The position numbers were made by a program, and so were the translations under genes. A DNA stretch of 64,000 nt from Pseudogymnoascus verrucosus (taxonomy: Eukaryota): the NCBI GenBank assembly GCA_001662655.1, contig KV460230.1; one strand, 5' to 3'. The notes under the pieces are model-generated. The model searched no databases and was not told the DNA's origin. It was given only the letters and a program-made list of their open reading frames with translations. Of this stretch, positions 1-12,766 are shown piece after piece (the first letter of the stretch is position 1; each line of letters starts with the position of its first letter).

Positions 1-1112
1 CGTCAAGAGGCTGGTCAAAATAGAATATGCTGCTTTTTGGTGGCTCAGAAGATTAACCCAGTCTCCTAGATATTCCTACTCATCAGTTAGCCTTGTTTTC
101 TTCTCAGGGACAGAGTGACAGTAATCATTACTTCTATGGTGGCGAGTTGCAAAATGGAATACATCGTATCAACATTTCTCCCTTCGCCTCTCCTCAGTGA
201 CTTCAATAGAAGCTGAACAGATTTGTTGTAATATTGTAGGAAGTCCTGTATCTTTCCTTCTGGATTGTGGAGCGTGCGCTGAAACGCGGAAAATCCAACA
301 ACAGCATACAACAGCGACTTATTCTGTAGTGCTGCTTCTAAAAATGTCGTGTGAAAGAAATTCCCTGCATCCTTCTTGAAATAATAGTGGTGATGCGTGA
401 CATTCGCGACGAAATATTCGAGATAGAACTGTAGATCGCGGGGCAGTCCCGACCAGTCAGGCTTGCCTCCATCAGTGACTGGGGGGAGACGAGAAGGCTT
501 TGCCAGCCTCTGATCAGCTTTATGTAGGTGAGCATTATATCCTATGGATCCTTCAGTGGACGGGGAGGGCGAACTGCCTTTATCTTGGACCAGAGATGGC
601 GTCTCTGAGCTTAAACGGCTTTGATTTTGTTGTTGTAATGTATGGGTTGAATTAGCGAGTGAGTTCATGCCTTGATTTGTATCAAATGGGTCCTCGTCTT
701 CGTCCGGGATGGACTCGAGGCGGTCTACATCAACCTCGTCATCATATTCGTCAGATGGCGGGGTTAGACTTGAGTGGCCAGACTTTGAGCTGCCGGCGCC
801 GCCAGACTTTGATGGTGTTGTTTCCGGATACGAACATTCTCTCGAGCCTTTCTTACATCCTGGACAGTTCAGCTTCCAATTCCTAAGTGGTGAGTCCCTA
901 TCAACTTACTCTCGCATGTGGGGCGGCCTTCGTCGCACTACATATGGTCAGCATCAGACCCAGAGAATGGGATGAGTTCATACTTTTACACGTCTATTCC
1001 TACAGGTAAAGCATCCTGATCTCGTCCTCCTATGCTTCACATGGTCGGCTCCGGGCGCTGGTCGTCGTTGATGTCGCCCCGGCTTCGCCCCGGTCATCTC
1101 CACGCTCTGCAT
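1..1112 (-). CDS. Zn(II)2Cys6 transcription factor with fungal-specific TF (Fungal_trans_2-like) domain; 3' end runs off the window
   Basis: Manual splicing across two GT-AG introns (first donor at 983) gives KHRRTRSG-C-FT-C-RNRRVK|C-DEGRPT-C-E|R-C-KKGSRE-C-SYP, a complete six-Cys binuclear cluster. The downstream ORF 87-668 carries FYLEYFVANVTHHHY...LLYAVVGFSAF...YYNKSVQLL. Start uncertain (ATG at 1112 or 1097, or an upstream exon). Confidence 0.88.
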
Positions 1113-4100
1113 CCAGGAAGATGGTATAGGTCGTCCTACGTGTGGACTGGCCGAACTGGACTTGGGGGACCGGTAGGTCTGGCTTGGCGCGCGTTCGAGC
1201 GTTAATCCAAGCTCCTCTAGTATCCGCGGATATCGTACTCTAGAAGTTGCAGTTGATAGCTCTGATCATTGACTTCTCGGCCACTTCAAACGGGATAGAT
1301 AGGACTGTATAGTCCCGCATGAACGTCTAGTTCGTTGGAGAGAGTATCAAATTCGTGTGGTATGCGCCTCGATGTAGTGGGAAATTGAAGAAGCAGATGG
1401 CAGTGTGTACGTAGATGAGCGCCGACGGGATCGAGTTTGGATGAATGCGGGGTGATTATAACGAGTGACAGCACAGCGAGACTTCTAAACCGGTGGTAAA
1501 TGTATGATCACTGTCAGATATGCAACGAAAGTAAGGCAAGGCGTCGAGCGTTGCAAGAACAAAGCACACAGATGAGGCGCTGCAAGGTTTCTCAATGATA
1601 TGGCGGCCGGTGACTCGAATGACGGCCCGATGCCGCAGTGCAGTGTAGATTGATTCGAGGCTTTACGGCGAAGCTGCGGACTGATCCGGAAGAAATTTGA
1701 TATGTCTGCGCTTAGCCGCGAGGTTACAGCCGCGAGGTTGTAGTGATGTCCACACGGTATTTGTTCCCCGAAGGCAAGTCGAAGCGCGCTCGACAAGGAC
1801 GCGGCCGTACCAGGGCTTCCAACAACTGATTGTGCGGGGTAACGGAGCAAAGTATATTTGTAATTGTAATGATAATTGCTCGTAGAGGACGGTTAGTTAT
1901 TTCGACGCGACAGAAGTTTTTCGAACACAGGCGGGTTGCGACGGGGGTCAAGAAACCGGAGAGGTAGATTTCGATGGAGATAACGGGCGGGCGCCGCGCC
2001 GCGATTGACTCGGGAGAGCTTGGTTGAGGGTGCTAGCGCGATTGATTGGAATACAGGATTGAGCTGACTGCGTTAGCTTTGCGGCCAAACAGCAGAAGAG
2101 ATGAATAGTACAATACAGTCGTTCCCAAGGGATCGGGTGTGGGAAATTGGGAGCAAACAGAGGTCGTCGAGATGCAGAGAAGAATAGGTAGAAGGTAGAA
2201 TGTGTGGGAAATGTATTTCAAGGCGGCCCAAGGGTAGTTGAGTACTCCCGTGCAACAAGCAAACAGCACCAAAACCAAAGTTTAGCAATCAGAAGTAGCA
2301 ACGGTAACGTCGTAGTAGGGCGACGATCAGATTGCGGGCTAGGGGGTCATGCCGTCAGCGGTGGGATTTTTATGGAAGGAGGGGAGGGGGAGGAGGAAGG
2401 AGGGGAGAGAGTGCACAAGCAGTGGAGGGGAGGGAAGGAGGAGGAGGGGAAGGGGGAAATTAATTTGGGTGGATGGAATTGGATCATGGTGCGCTGAGAC
2501 TCACTGCAACTAGAGGATTATAAGTTACTTTTGGTAGTGGAGATGGGCAGATGTAGGAAGATGTGGACGCAACTCAACGCACCCACCTGCGCACGCACAA
2601 GCTACGGAACTATAAACCTAGCAAGCCACGAACAAACAAACCCGCAAATCCACAAAACCCACATGCCCAAGTTCCCCGTTTTATGATCACCGCCGTTGGG
2701 TATATTCCTCCCATCTGTCGATATGACTGGTAGCCCATCTAGTAGCCCACCGGCATCCACGTTGGGCACTTCAAGCAAACGTCCATGATAGGCGCATAAT
2801 ATCTCCGGCTCCAGCTACCACTGTTACAGTACAGTAGCAGTACAGCGATGTCCGGCTGGCTCCACTGCGGTTCAAGAACCAGGACCAACGACCAACGACC
2901 ACTGGTCCCCTCGTACTCGTACGCATCACGTACGTATGTGCGACGAGTTACCCAGGCATACTTGCTTCATACATGGGCAAGCATACATGTCAAGCAAGCA
3001 ACTGTGTTCCGCGGTGCGTCGTGTCGTGCATGGCCTGTGGGGGCGAGCGGAGAAAACCTCCTGCCCTCTCTGGTCGTCCGTGGCTCTCTGTGGCTTTCTG
3101 TGGCCCTCTCTTGCCCTCTCTGGCCCATGGTATTATGCAGGTTCCAAGCAGAAATGTGAGGTATCGTGGGTATTCCTCGGGCAAGTACTCTGCTCATTGC
3201 TGACGTAGAAAACAGTAACTATGGCCCAGAGTTCTCCTGGCAGCGCTCTAAAACTGACTTGGGCTTAGGGCCGTTGATGGATCAGTAACCCGGCACTCGA
3301 AACTTTTCGACAAATCAGCCTGATCCGTTGATTAGGGTTACATCACATGCCAATCACAGGGGACGTCAGAAAGGATACCAAGGGACAACGGGGGACAAAT
3401 GGGGATCAAGGGACAAACTGCCACCAACAAGGGATCTGGCCGAATCTATAAGCTCCGGGCCGTATGGACGTTATGGAGTACGACGAACGACGTACAAAGT
3501 ATGGTCCGCACACCTCTACACACCACCTCCTGTCGGCCGGTATGCTAGGATCGAGCTTAATCTCCGTCTTGTCGCCCTTCTCCTTGCATGGTTCCTCCCC
3601 CAGCGATCGCTCTGGCTTCTCCGCGATTCCGGAGCACGCCTACCCGGCGCTGTACTATACTATCCTGAGTCTGTGTAGTCACTTGTCAGTGTCAATGACA
3701 AGTAACTACAAAGAACAGTGGGCCCTCCCATCCATGTCCATCGCAGCACCTAATATAATATACAGATCAAGCGTTACAGTGGACATCATACGCTACGGGG
3801 CGACTGCGGCCGCATCCCAGGTTTCACTTCACAAAGAATTCTCTGCGAGACAAGCCAATATGTGATGCATTCCCCCATCCCATATCTATTATGGTATATA
3901 CACAAAAAGGATAACTCCCCCCCCGCCAAATACGCCATCCGCGCAAGCCACTCGCACCGGCCCCTACTTCTCGTCCCCGAGACAGAGTCAGTACCAGCCC
4001 AAGCCTATTCGGGAAACGTAAGGCCGAGGCCCCCGATATCGAGATCCTGTCGATCCTGGGGTGGGGCGACACATCAGATGTGCCAGGGACTGACTGGAGC

Positions 4101-5091
4101 CGCATATGGGGATATCGAGAATTGCATCTCTCATGTGCATTGTATTGGAGTCGTTTTGTGGCTTCTTTGTGGCTTCTTCGTGCGTTCGATCACATGCACA
4201 AGCAGGTCCGTCTCTGGGACCAGTGCCACGTACCGGGCTTGCCAGTACGTCGTCAAGACGTCTGGTGTTTGGCAGGTTGCCAGGATATCGGAATCTTCCT
4301 TCTGCGCAGGCGGGCATTGAGTCCTTCCCGCTCGTTACTGCTCTGTATTGTTGGGGGTGCAGGGGCAAGTTTACCTTGAACCGCCTTTGGTGCCAATGAA
4401 TGGGCCACTAAAGGTGTCCCTCCATTCACGGGCAGTCAGTATTGAAGGCATTGTTGCGTGCTGTCCCATGTCAGGTGATTTGTTACATGGTAGAGTAGAG
4501 TACATCAACCCATCTCTGACCTCTTTCTCCGTCGTCAACAACGGCAGCGAGATTCGAGTGTGTAAGTTGGGTAAGTTAAGGTGCTTTATAAAACACGTTA
4601 CTTTAAAAATGCAGCCGTGGAATTTCTTCTCTATTTATTGTATGTTCTTGACGCTCTATGTCCTTTTCCCACCTACCTCATACTCAATCTTGTTCGTGCA
4701 TCTCCCTCGATATTGCGTGGGGTTCTCTGCTGTGTGGACTGTGGCTGTTGTGTGGGGTGCTCCTGTTGCGTGGTGCATATTAACAAAATTATTCTTGAAC
4801 CCAGCGAGCATTTTCAATAACGTAGGCGAGTGCCCGTTAGAAATGTGCTGCTTCCACTCATGCACGCATCTGCGTGTCACGTCTCGCGTCTCGCAGGATG
4901 AGGCTAGGATGCTGTTATACCTATGATTGGCGGTACTGCGATCCTTCACGAGGGACATAAAGCGTTGATCAACAACTGCCCCAATCCCTTCAATATTTCT
5001 CTCCTTCTTACTATTAAATCTGAAGACAACATCGTACACATTTTGATATCACACGATCGCGATCGTCGGTCTGGTCGTTGCTCGAACCCAT

Positions 5092-7670
5092 ATGGATCAC
5101 GTTGATTTGTCGTCGTTGACCCTTGAACCACCCTCGCCCAGCCAGGGCAAGGCGAGGGTATCGACGCCTATAGTTGGTGACATCCTGTTCCCCGTAGGCA
5201 GGAGAAGGGATGTGGCAACAGATAAACCCTACATTGCACGGCCATCATCCCATAGGCATGGGGAGAACGCCGAGGCCAGATTTGCTTGCCCGTTTCACAA
5301 ACATGATCCTAATTCGTTCAATGTGCTGTTCGAGCACTGTGGTGGGTCGTCTTTTACAGGTATTACCAATATATTGTAATGATAAAATAACACTGTTTGC
5401 GCTTCATTAAAGACTTACTTACATGGAATTAGGGAACACATTCGTTGTATGCACTCTGATGAGCTGTTTGTTTGCCGAGGGTGCAGCCAAACGTTTGATT
5501 CTGAACATGATTTGCAATCCCATCAAAAAGAACCAATGGCCTGTGGAAATGGTATCTACCCTCGGGCTATAACATCGTCAAGATTCGTGGCATTGATTAG
5601 GATGCGGAGGTTTCAAGGGACAGTGGAAGAACAATGGCAGGATATATACCAGCTGTTATTTCCAGATGATGATGGCAAAGTCTCGCCCTGTAAGCTAGTC
5701 TCTAAGAGATATTTCATCCCCTGAAATATATACAAAATCGAGATGATCTTGTATATTATAAGTTTTCCACTGATCAATTAGATCATGAATCAGAAAGCGG
5801 ACCTTCGTTGGATGGAGCGCATACTTCACGATTCCCTAAGGATCTATCAATGGAAGATTTGGACAGTCCCCCAAATTATCATTCTCTCGAGGGTCATAGA
5901 ATCTCACTTCCCGAAGACGGCAGCTCTTTTCGCAGAGATCCGCGCTCCCCAGTCATATCCTCCCTACGAGCAGGCGACGGCGTCGGCGCAGAGCTCTCTC
6001 ATACAAACTCTAGCAAAAGCCGTTCAAGCACCAGCGGGGAAAGCGCAGAATTATGTGAAGAGGATGAGACACAGTGCAGTGACTCCGATGACATAGATAC
6101 TAGCTATAAGGCTTTGGATCCAGTTAAGCAGGCACTATTCGACAACTCAACAAGGCAATTTTGGGATTTTTACAATGGGTTATCTGCTCCCAATTGGGTC
6201 GTCTTATGGTCAAAGCATGCAACCTACAAGGGAGCTGCGTCTTCGTCGCAGGGAACCCAAGGGTCAACACGGACAGCTCCAGATTCTCGGACACCATCGG
6301 AATGCCCATCAAACACCGCATCATTGCTAGCACCAAAACGGAAGAAGAGAGATGACGACGATGAAGCTAGCAATAACGGAAACCCTTCAAAACGCTCCAG
6401 CCGTATTTTACCTCAGAAAGAAGGCTTAAATCTTGCTTGCCCTTTCCACAAGCACAAACCGTGGAAGTATAACCATGGCATCCTCCGATTCCGAACATGC
6501 TCTACTACTCCTTTCGATGCTATTTTCCGCTTGAAGTAAGTTAACGAATGGCCATTTTCGGCATGTCCTAATTTATGGCAGGGAACATCTCCGCAGGGTT
6601 CATCCGCCTCCTCTCCATTGCACTCGATGCTGGCTGTCCTTTTCCGATCAGAACAGCCTAGTAAACCATGGGCAAGCTGATATTTCCTGTCAAAGGAGAC
6701 AACCAGTTTCTGTTGAGGGTTGGACTCCCGAAATGGACAAAAAGATAACAAAGCGCAAAGACGAAACAGACGGAGAACGTTGGGAGAGGATATATCGCGA
6801 ACTCTTTGGTAGTACACTAACCACCGTGCCATCTCCATGTAAGTCATGCTTTGGGGATATCACGCCTATGAATAGTGAAACTGAGATGGTCACTTCAGAG
6901 CTAATAAGCAAACAGATTTTGTGCCTTACGACCTTGCATCTGCCAACGAGGCAGATTTGGAAACACTCTTGCAGCAAGAAGTCCCACGAATAGTGCTCAA
7001 TTCGCTGAGCGAGCAAGTCAATAATATGGATATCCCCGATGCGGCACGAGCTCTCTTCGACCCGTCAACCCCTTACTTCCAATTTGAGAATTTGATAGGA
7101 AACGCCATTAGAGAAGTATTTACGATGTATAGGTCGGCCACAGCAACAGCGAATAACTCTACAGCACCTTCAACTACGACGCAACCTTCATCGGATAATG
7201 CGTCTATTGCTGACGACAGTAGTGTTGCTCAGTCTACTTGTTGGGAACGCACAACCGTGAATTCATCACGGAGTTCTCATCATCAGTCGGGTAGTTTTGA
7301 ATCTTTACCGACAGTGGTACCGCCCGTGTTTCCAGATACCACGCAGCGATGGAGCGACCCAATGCACCCGATCGCGGCCGGAGGGCCTTCGTACTCAAGG
7401 AGCATGCATGAACAAGTTCCTCCACCTTCCGCCGAGTTAGTTTCACGCGCCTCGGAAACAACATCGAACATAGTCCATCCAAATCCCTCTGGCCGGATGC
7501 ACAGTGCAGGGGAAGCCATGCAGCAGGGTGGCCAGCACAATGTGATGAATGGTTATGGGACCAGTATGGATGAGTATATGTTTGTTGATTTTGACCTTTT
7601 GGGAGGGTTCGATGCTGAGGCGTTTCCAAGCGTGCCATCTAATACTTATAGCGCTCCAACGCGGTCTTAA
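5092..7670 (+). CDS. Fungal C2H2-type zinc-finger protein with two copies of an (F/L)ACPFHKH...EH..H...CxxC...H...W..IY..LF module
   Basis: Five exons join in frame using GT-AG introns at 5376-5432, 5690-5781, 6536-6581 and 6839-6915. Motifs FACPFHKHDP/LACPFHKHKP, CRGCSQTFDSEHDLQSH and CTRCWLSFSDQNSLVNH; basic NLS-like PKRKKRDD between the modules. Confidence 0.8.
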
Positions 7671-7976
7671 TACCCATAGCATATTTGTTTATATACGTTT
7701 TGTCACAGATATTTGCGCTTGGTTGATATGATTGATATTGATATTGTCTAAAAAGAAGCACAACCATAGTCCCTTGCGTTCAGACATGGGTTCTTTGGTA
7801 ATCCCTCGCCCGGCTCAACCAATGCCTGTTATGAGGAGCAGCAGAAGAAATAGTGCCCAGCTCAGCTCTCGTTGGGAATCGCATACCCCTATCCGATCCG
7901 CAATAATACAGCCCATAGGCAAACACCTCCGACGCCCCATCCGACGCCCTGGCCAAAGTTTCAACGTCCCAGATGC

Positions 7977-8483
7977 TTAGTAATATTCATCATAATAATC
8001 ATAGCCATCTAAAACCTCATTGCAAAGCTGATCAGCATCCTGGTTCTGCTCCCTCGGGATCCAGCGAATCCTAACTTTCCCCAGCCTTTTGAGTTCGTCA
8101 TGATAGCGAACAGCATCTTTGATGAGATCCTGGTTCTTAACTGGCCTGCCCGCCGCAGTGGTCCAGCCATTCTCAAGCCATTTGAACACGAACTCATTCA
8201 TGCACCTAACTGCGTAATCGGAATCGGAGAAGATCTTGACGTCCAGCCTGGGAAATGTGTCCAGGTCTTCATGTTTGTGCAGGGCCTGCTTCAGAGCGAT
8301 GATGATGGCTGTAATCTCAGCTCGTTGGTTTGTTGGGGCTGGGTCGTCAGGTAGGCGATACTTGTGACTCTGGAGTATCTGGTTTTTGCCCCTCTTGAAC
8401 ACTGCTGCCGCAGAGCCCTCTGCGCCTGAATACCCATTATTGCGACATGCACCGTCGACAAAGATCCTCATGATGTACACCAT
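7977..8483 (-). CDS. Stand-alone ribonuclease H (RNase HI fold, catalytic domain only), intronless, 168 aa
   Basis: All four acidic catalytic motifs are present: FVDGACRNNG, TNQRAEITAI, IFSDSDYAV and WIPREQNQDAD, plus W...GW...G.PVKNQDL. Likely start is the ATG at 8483 (MVYIMRIF). Confidence 0.92.
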   Translation of the reverse strand: MVYIMRIFVDGACRNNGYSGAEGSAAAVFKRGKNQILQSHKYRLPDDPAPTNQRAEITAIIIALKQALHKHEDLDTFPRLDVKIFSDSDYAVRCMNEFVFKWLENGWTTAAGRPVKNQDLIKDAVRYHDELKRLGKVRIRWIPREQNQDADQLCNEVLDGYDYYDEYY

Positions 8484-8705
8484 ATCGACGATGTGGGCTG
8501 AAATGAGGGAGGCAGCGCGCCTTGATGAGCTTAGATCTTGAGGATCTATCAACCTCGATGAACGTGGATCTTATGAGGGCTCCAGCCTTTTTAGCACAGA
8601 ACTATCAAGAGGTTTACAAATGTCCAGGAAAGGCTCTGGGTCTTAAACTCACAACACCCGTTTGCACCGCGGCACGACGCAGATGATTCTGTGGGTAACG
8701 AAGTT

Positions 8706-8771
8706 TATATTTCATGTTACAACTTACAAGGTATATAATTATATACCTTGTAAGTTGTAACATGAAATATA
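8706..8771. repeat. Perfect 66-bp palindrome (33-bp arms, no spacer)
   Basis: tatatttcatgttacaacttacaaggtatataa|ttatataccttgtaagttgtaacatgaaatata; the two arms are exact reverse complements. The ORF track shows the same peptide (MLQLTRYIIIYLVSCNMKY) on both strands. Confidence 0.97.
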
Positions 8772-9607
8772 GGCGTTCATTTATTAGTATGTACAAAGCC
8801 ACTCCCCTCCTACCAGGCAGATCTGCGATGAGGTTCCTCAAAGATCGTGCACGGGAATACCTCCAAACGCAGGTTCAGCTACAAGTCCTGTCTCTCTAAT
8901 GCGCTAATGGGGCGTTCTTTCATAATGGCAGGAGCGTGCGTGTTCTGTCACAAAGAGCGCGTTTGTCGTGCAGCTTCATTCCGGGTGGTTGGTTCCTTGG
9001 TCCGTGGGCGATCCCTTGTAGATCCCGAAGGTTAGTGTTGTGGCGGTGGCATTGCCGGTCGGCTGTCCGATAGTGCTGGGAAGGTGCAAAGTATGGCGGA
9101 GAAAAGGATGGGGATTCAATATGCTGGGAACTATCATTTTTAAAATAATTATAGAATTCTTATAACCTGAGAGCTGGGTATTTATTTGCCTGCAAACCAA
9201 AACAATCTATCGCCATTGCGCCCTCATGCCGTTTCTAAATAATCCCAATCCTCAATTCGTAGAATCTTCACACTCTTTCCAGCCCATCGGGTTTCTGCAA
9301 ATGCATTAAACAGCCCAGCAGGCCCCGTCCTTCCAATCGGAAGTCTTCCTAGGCGCTGTACTGCATTGCAGTTATCACATATCCCAAATGTGAGAACCAC
9401 CCCTGCAGCAACAAAGGCTCCCTTACACGATAAATGCCACATGTGGATGATGGCACACTCTCTTGTGAAATAACTGCACTCGTCCGCGCAAGAATATGCA
9501 GCTCTTTGATGCATCTTTGTGGGTAATCCAGCTTTTCAACCAGGCCACGTCCAAATCTCGTTGGGTGATAGTTAGCTTCATCGGTGCCCCAGTCTCTCGA
9601 CCTTTCT

Positions 9608-11127
9608 CTACCTCGCATATGGGTCAATAAGACGCACATGTCGCGACATCCGCTCAAGCTCCGACATCAACCGCTCTTTAGTATATCCCCCTCCAAATTC
9701 TTCCACGTATTCGATCATTTCCTTCTCCGCCTCAGCCTTTACTGACGGGTCATTGGTTCCGATCCAAGCAGCCTGGAAACACAGCATCATGTAACTAGCG
9801 CCAAGAGGTCTGAATCTCTTCCCGTCCTCTGCGAGAGCCATAATTCCGCTTGAAAATGAATTCAAATCAGATATGAGCTCCATGTCTTCAGTGTCGAGAG
9901 CGCTGAGGACACAGCCGAGGATGATACCAACGGTAAGGGCAAAATTGTAAAATCGCTGGACGAGATAATAAGTCTGGGCATCGGAAGCTATCCGTTTAAT
10001 ATCTTCGCCGGTGGGTATCATAGAGTGCATGTACTGCTCGTAAGACGTTATCCCGGCCTTCAATGTCTGGTAGTTAGTCCTTAATTCATCAACAGCCTTC
10101 ATGTCACTGATTTCCCCTTCGAAGAAGTTGCCGTGCCGAATCATAGCCGTGACTTGCGAGACGTAACGCATCATCTTGCCTGGAAACGTGCCTTCATCGA
10201 TATGGTTGTCGACGAGAGTCTTCCATTCCAAAGGAGTAAACTTAATTTTAGGATTGAAAAGTCCTTCGAAAATCTTGTCATCTAACTTAGCTAATGTCCA
10301 GAGCATTTCATACTGGGTATCTTACCACGGGCGCCCGTAGAGAGAGATGCAGTTTGGATTCAAATTCATCATTTGGGTCATAATATCTTCGTGCCTTCAG
10401 TATTTGTGCCGCGCCCTCGCAGTGGCCAGTCCAGCCCATATCATTCAGGCCATGGAAACCCTGAAAATGTTAATAGAGAGTTGTTTAGACTGAAGTCTAT
10501 GTAGCTCACCTGGCATATAAGTAGCAGCATCACTGCACACAGTGTCTCTGATGAGCAGGCCTTGACAGGGTCGTCCAAATAAAATCGGAGAGTGCGAAGT
10601 GCTGCCGAGTATTTCACCAAGGCTTCGGGGGTAGCTCGTTTATACAAACAGTAACTCGAATGTGCTGCTGTCAATGCCTTGACAGCTGAATCCAATGCTT
10701 CGTTTCTCCCAAGACGCGCGGGAATATCTTGTAGAAATTCTCCATACCAATAAACAAGGTTGAACCTCACAGCAGTGGACGTCGTCATCGTACCAACAAA
10801 TTCACTCGTCGCTAGGGTCAATGCACTGCTTGGAGTATGCGGCACTGTCTTTAGAACATCCATGATGTTAAAGCTCATAAAGCCCTTATTGCGGTGTGGA
10901 ATTGCAATGCTGTTCCGTGTCCCATGCTCCTCCTTAAATTTGAACCTTTGCTGTCCCGCGCCAACACAGGCCATTTTTAGACGGGTGCATCGTGAGCACG
11001 ACGGTTTCGCCTGGTCACACTATGGCCAGCTTCAGAAGATGTCTTTATGCGATATGGATGCAAGGCCTACCTTTTTCTTCTGTATGCGACAGCCATCGCA
11101 ACCACGTCCTGACGGCACTCCTGGCAT
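9608..11127 (-). CDS. Zn(II)2Cys6 transcription factor, multi-exon
   Basis: From the ATG at 11127: MPGVPSGRG-C-DG-C-RIQKKK|C-DQAKPS-C-SR-C-TRLKMA-C-VGAGQQRFKF. Downstream exons give IPARLGRNEALDSAVKAL...YSAALRTLR...LCAVMLL, GWTGHCEGAAQILKAR and RFRPLGASYM. Confidence 0.88.
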
Positions 11128-11675
11128 AATTGAAGAAAGACGTTCACCGTCATGAAAATACTACGTCGTCAAGCTCTCAATGTGGGGGATGCAGTGGTAT
11201 GTGCCCGTGGGCAGCTCCTTGAGCACGCCGTATGAAGAGCACCCCAATTCTAGATTCGGACAACAGCAGCAGCCCGCTGAGGAATAGCGGGGAATCCCAC
11301 AGGGGTTGGATACCACGTGAGATTATTAATCAAAAATTAATTGCTTAAGATATATAGCATCAAAAAGTGTATTAGAAGAGACGTTGAAAGAAGTTTAAAT
11401 GGAACATTGATGGAAGTTCTGGCTACGGTAATTGCCACAGGGCTGAGCTGGACTTAGGCACCATCAGCTTAGTGTGGCTTAGCTGCCACCCAGCCCCAGG
11501 GGTGGTGGGGTAAAATCTTACGTCATCGGACATTGCTCGGGGTCCAAATTTGATATCAGAAGAAGCATTATTCAGGTATTTATTTTGCAGACAAATAACT
11601 CCTGGTATTCTAAGTATAAGCATGGCTAATATGCGAACGAATAAAACAAATGAAAAATCTAAATCTACACGGGTT

Positions 11676-12766
11676 TCAAACGGCTCTAACAAACTCGGTC
11701 TGGCTTTCCGGCTTTGTGGCAGCATCTGCCGCGGGAGGATATTCCTCTGGTCGCAGCCAGTATTGCTCGTGGTCCACATTTCCACTCATCCTTCCCCTGA
11801 TATCAAACGGATCAACGAAAGTCATCCACGTAGTTCGGTGATCCTTCCACCCAGGGCCAACACGCTCGACCCCGTTGTAGTCAAGGTAGACCTTCGTATT
11901 GCGAGGCAAGAATCTTCCAGGATGCACAATGTTGAGCCAGTAAGTATATAGGACCATAGGAGCCGCTTCGAATACGTAGATGTACCATTCGTGTCTCAGG
12001 ACAGCTTGGCAGGTTCCATCACAAGTCCCTGAAGATATGACGCTGAGATTGCTGAAGCTTTCAATAGCACGGAAGATGCAGCGAATCAAGACTAATGTCG
12101 AGGTGCCGTAAAGCATGATGCAGATAGTGCGCACCTTAGGCGTGAGCATTTTGGCGCGTGCGCAGCGGATGTGTACTAGAGCAACAAAACTCATGAACAG
12201 TAGCTCCACTACGCCCTGGAGCACGAGAGCGATGGAGATAAAGGTCTCTCCGTTTTTCAGCAGATCCATATCGCCGTTCGCCGCCGACAGTCGCACCGCA
12301 CCTACAGCTGTCAGACTTTCAACTGCGGCACCCACGTAGATGAAAAAGTAAAGAACACGGCTCGGGTTGATAGGTGAATGCATTGGCGTGTAGTGCATGA
12401 GTCGACCAAGGATGTTGTATTCAGCCGCGGAGTATATCGGGGGACCGGCGAGGACAAGGCAAGTCTGGGCGATATAGAGTTTTATGTTTCCTGGATCGTA
12501 GGATGAGGTAATCCGCATTATCCATCCCGCGGTAAAGACAGTGCCGCCATAGAACATGAAAAACGTGACCCTCCAGAAATGGTAGTGGCTGCAAAGGTGG
12601 AAATGTTAGCTACTGTGATTTTGATAAAATGGAGCAACAGGGCGACTAACAAGTTTTGCCATGTATGCATGATCAAAGATATGCCAATCAAGGCAGCAAA
12701 TACAGCTGGTAGAACATGGCTAGGATCGTATGCGTAATACGTTGCGATTTCTGTGCTGGACGACAT
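11676..12766 (-). CDS. RTA1-like (lipid-translocating exporter family) multi-pass membrane protein
   Basis: N-terminal YYAYDPSHVLPAVFAAL, then GPPIYSAAEYNILGRL, LILIRCIFR-type LVLIRCIFRAIE, HEWYIYVFEAAPM and HPGRFLP motifs; several hydrophobic helices; one intron near 12590-12651. Confidence 0.92.

Noticed and set aside
7977..8771. RNase H plus inverted repeat as an intact retrotransposon or DNA transposon
   Set aside because: No RT, integrase, gag, transposase, LTR pair or target-site duplication seen.
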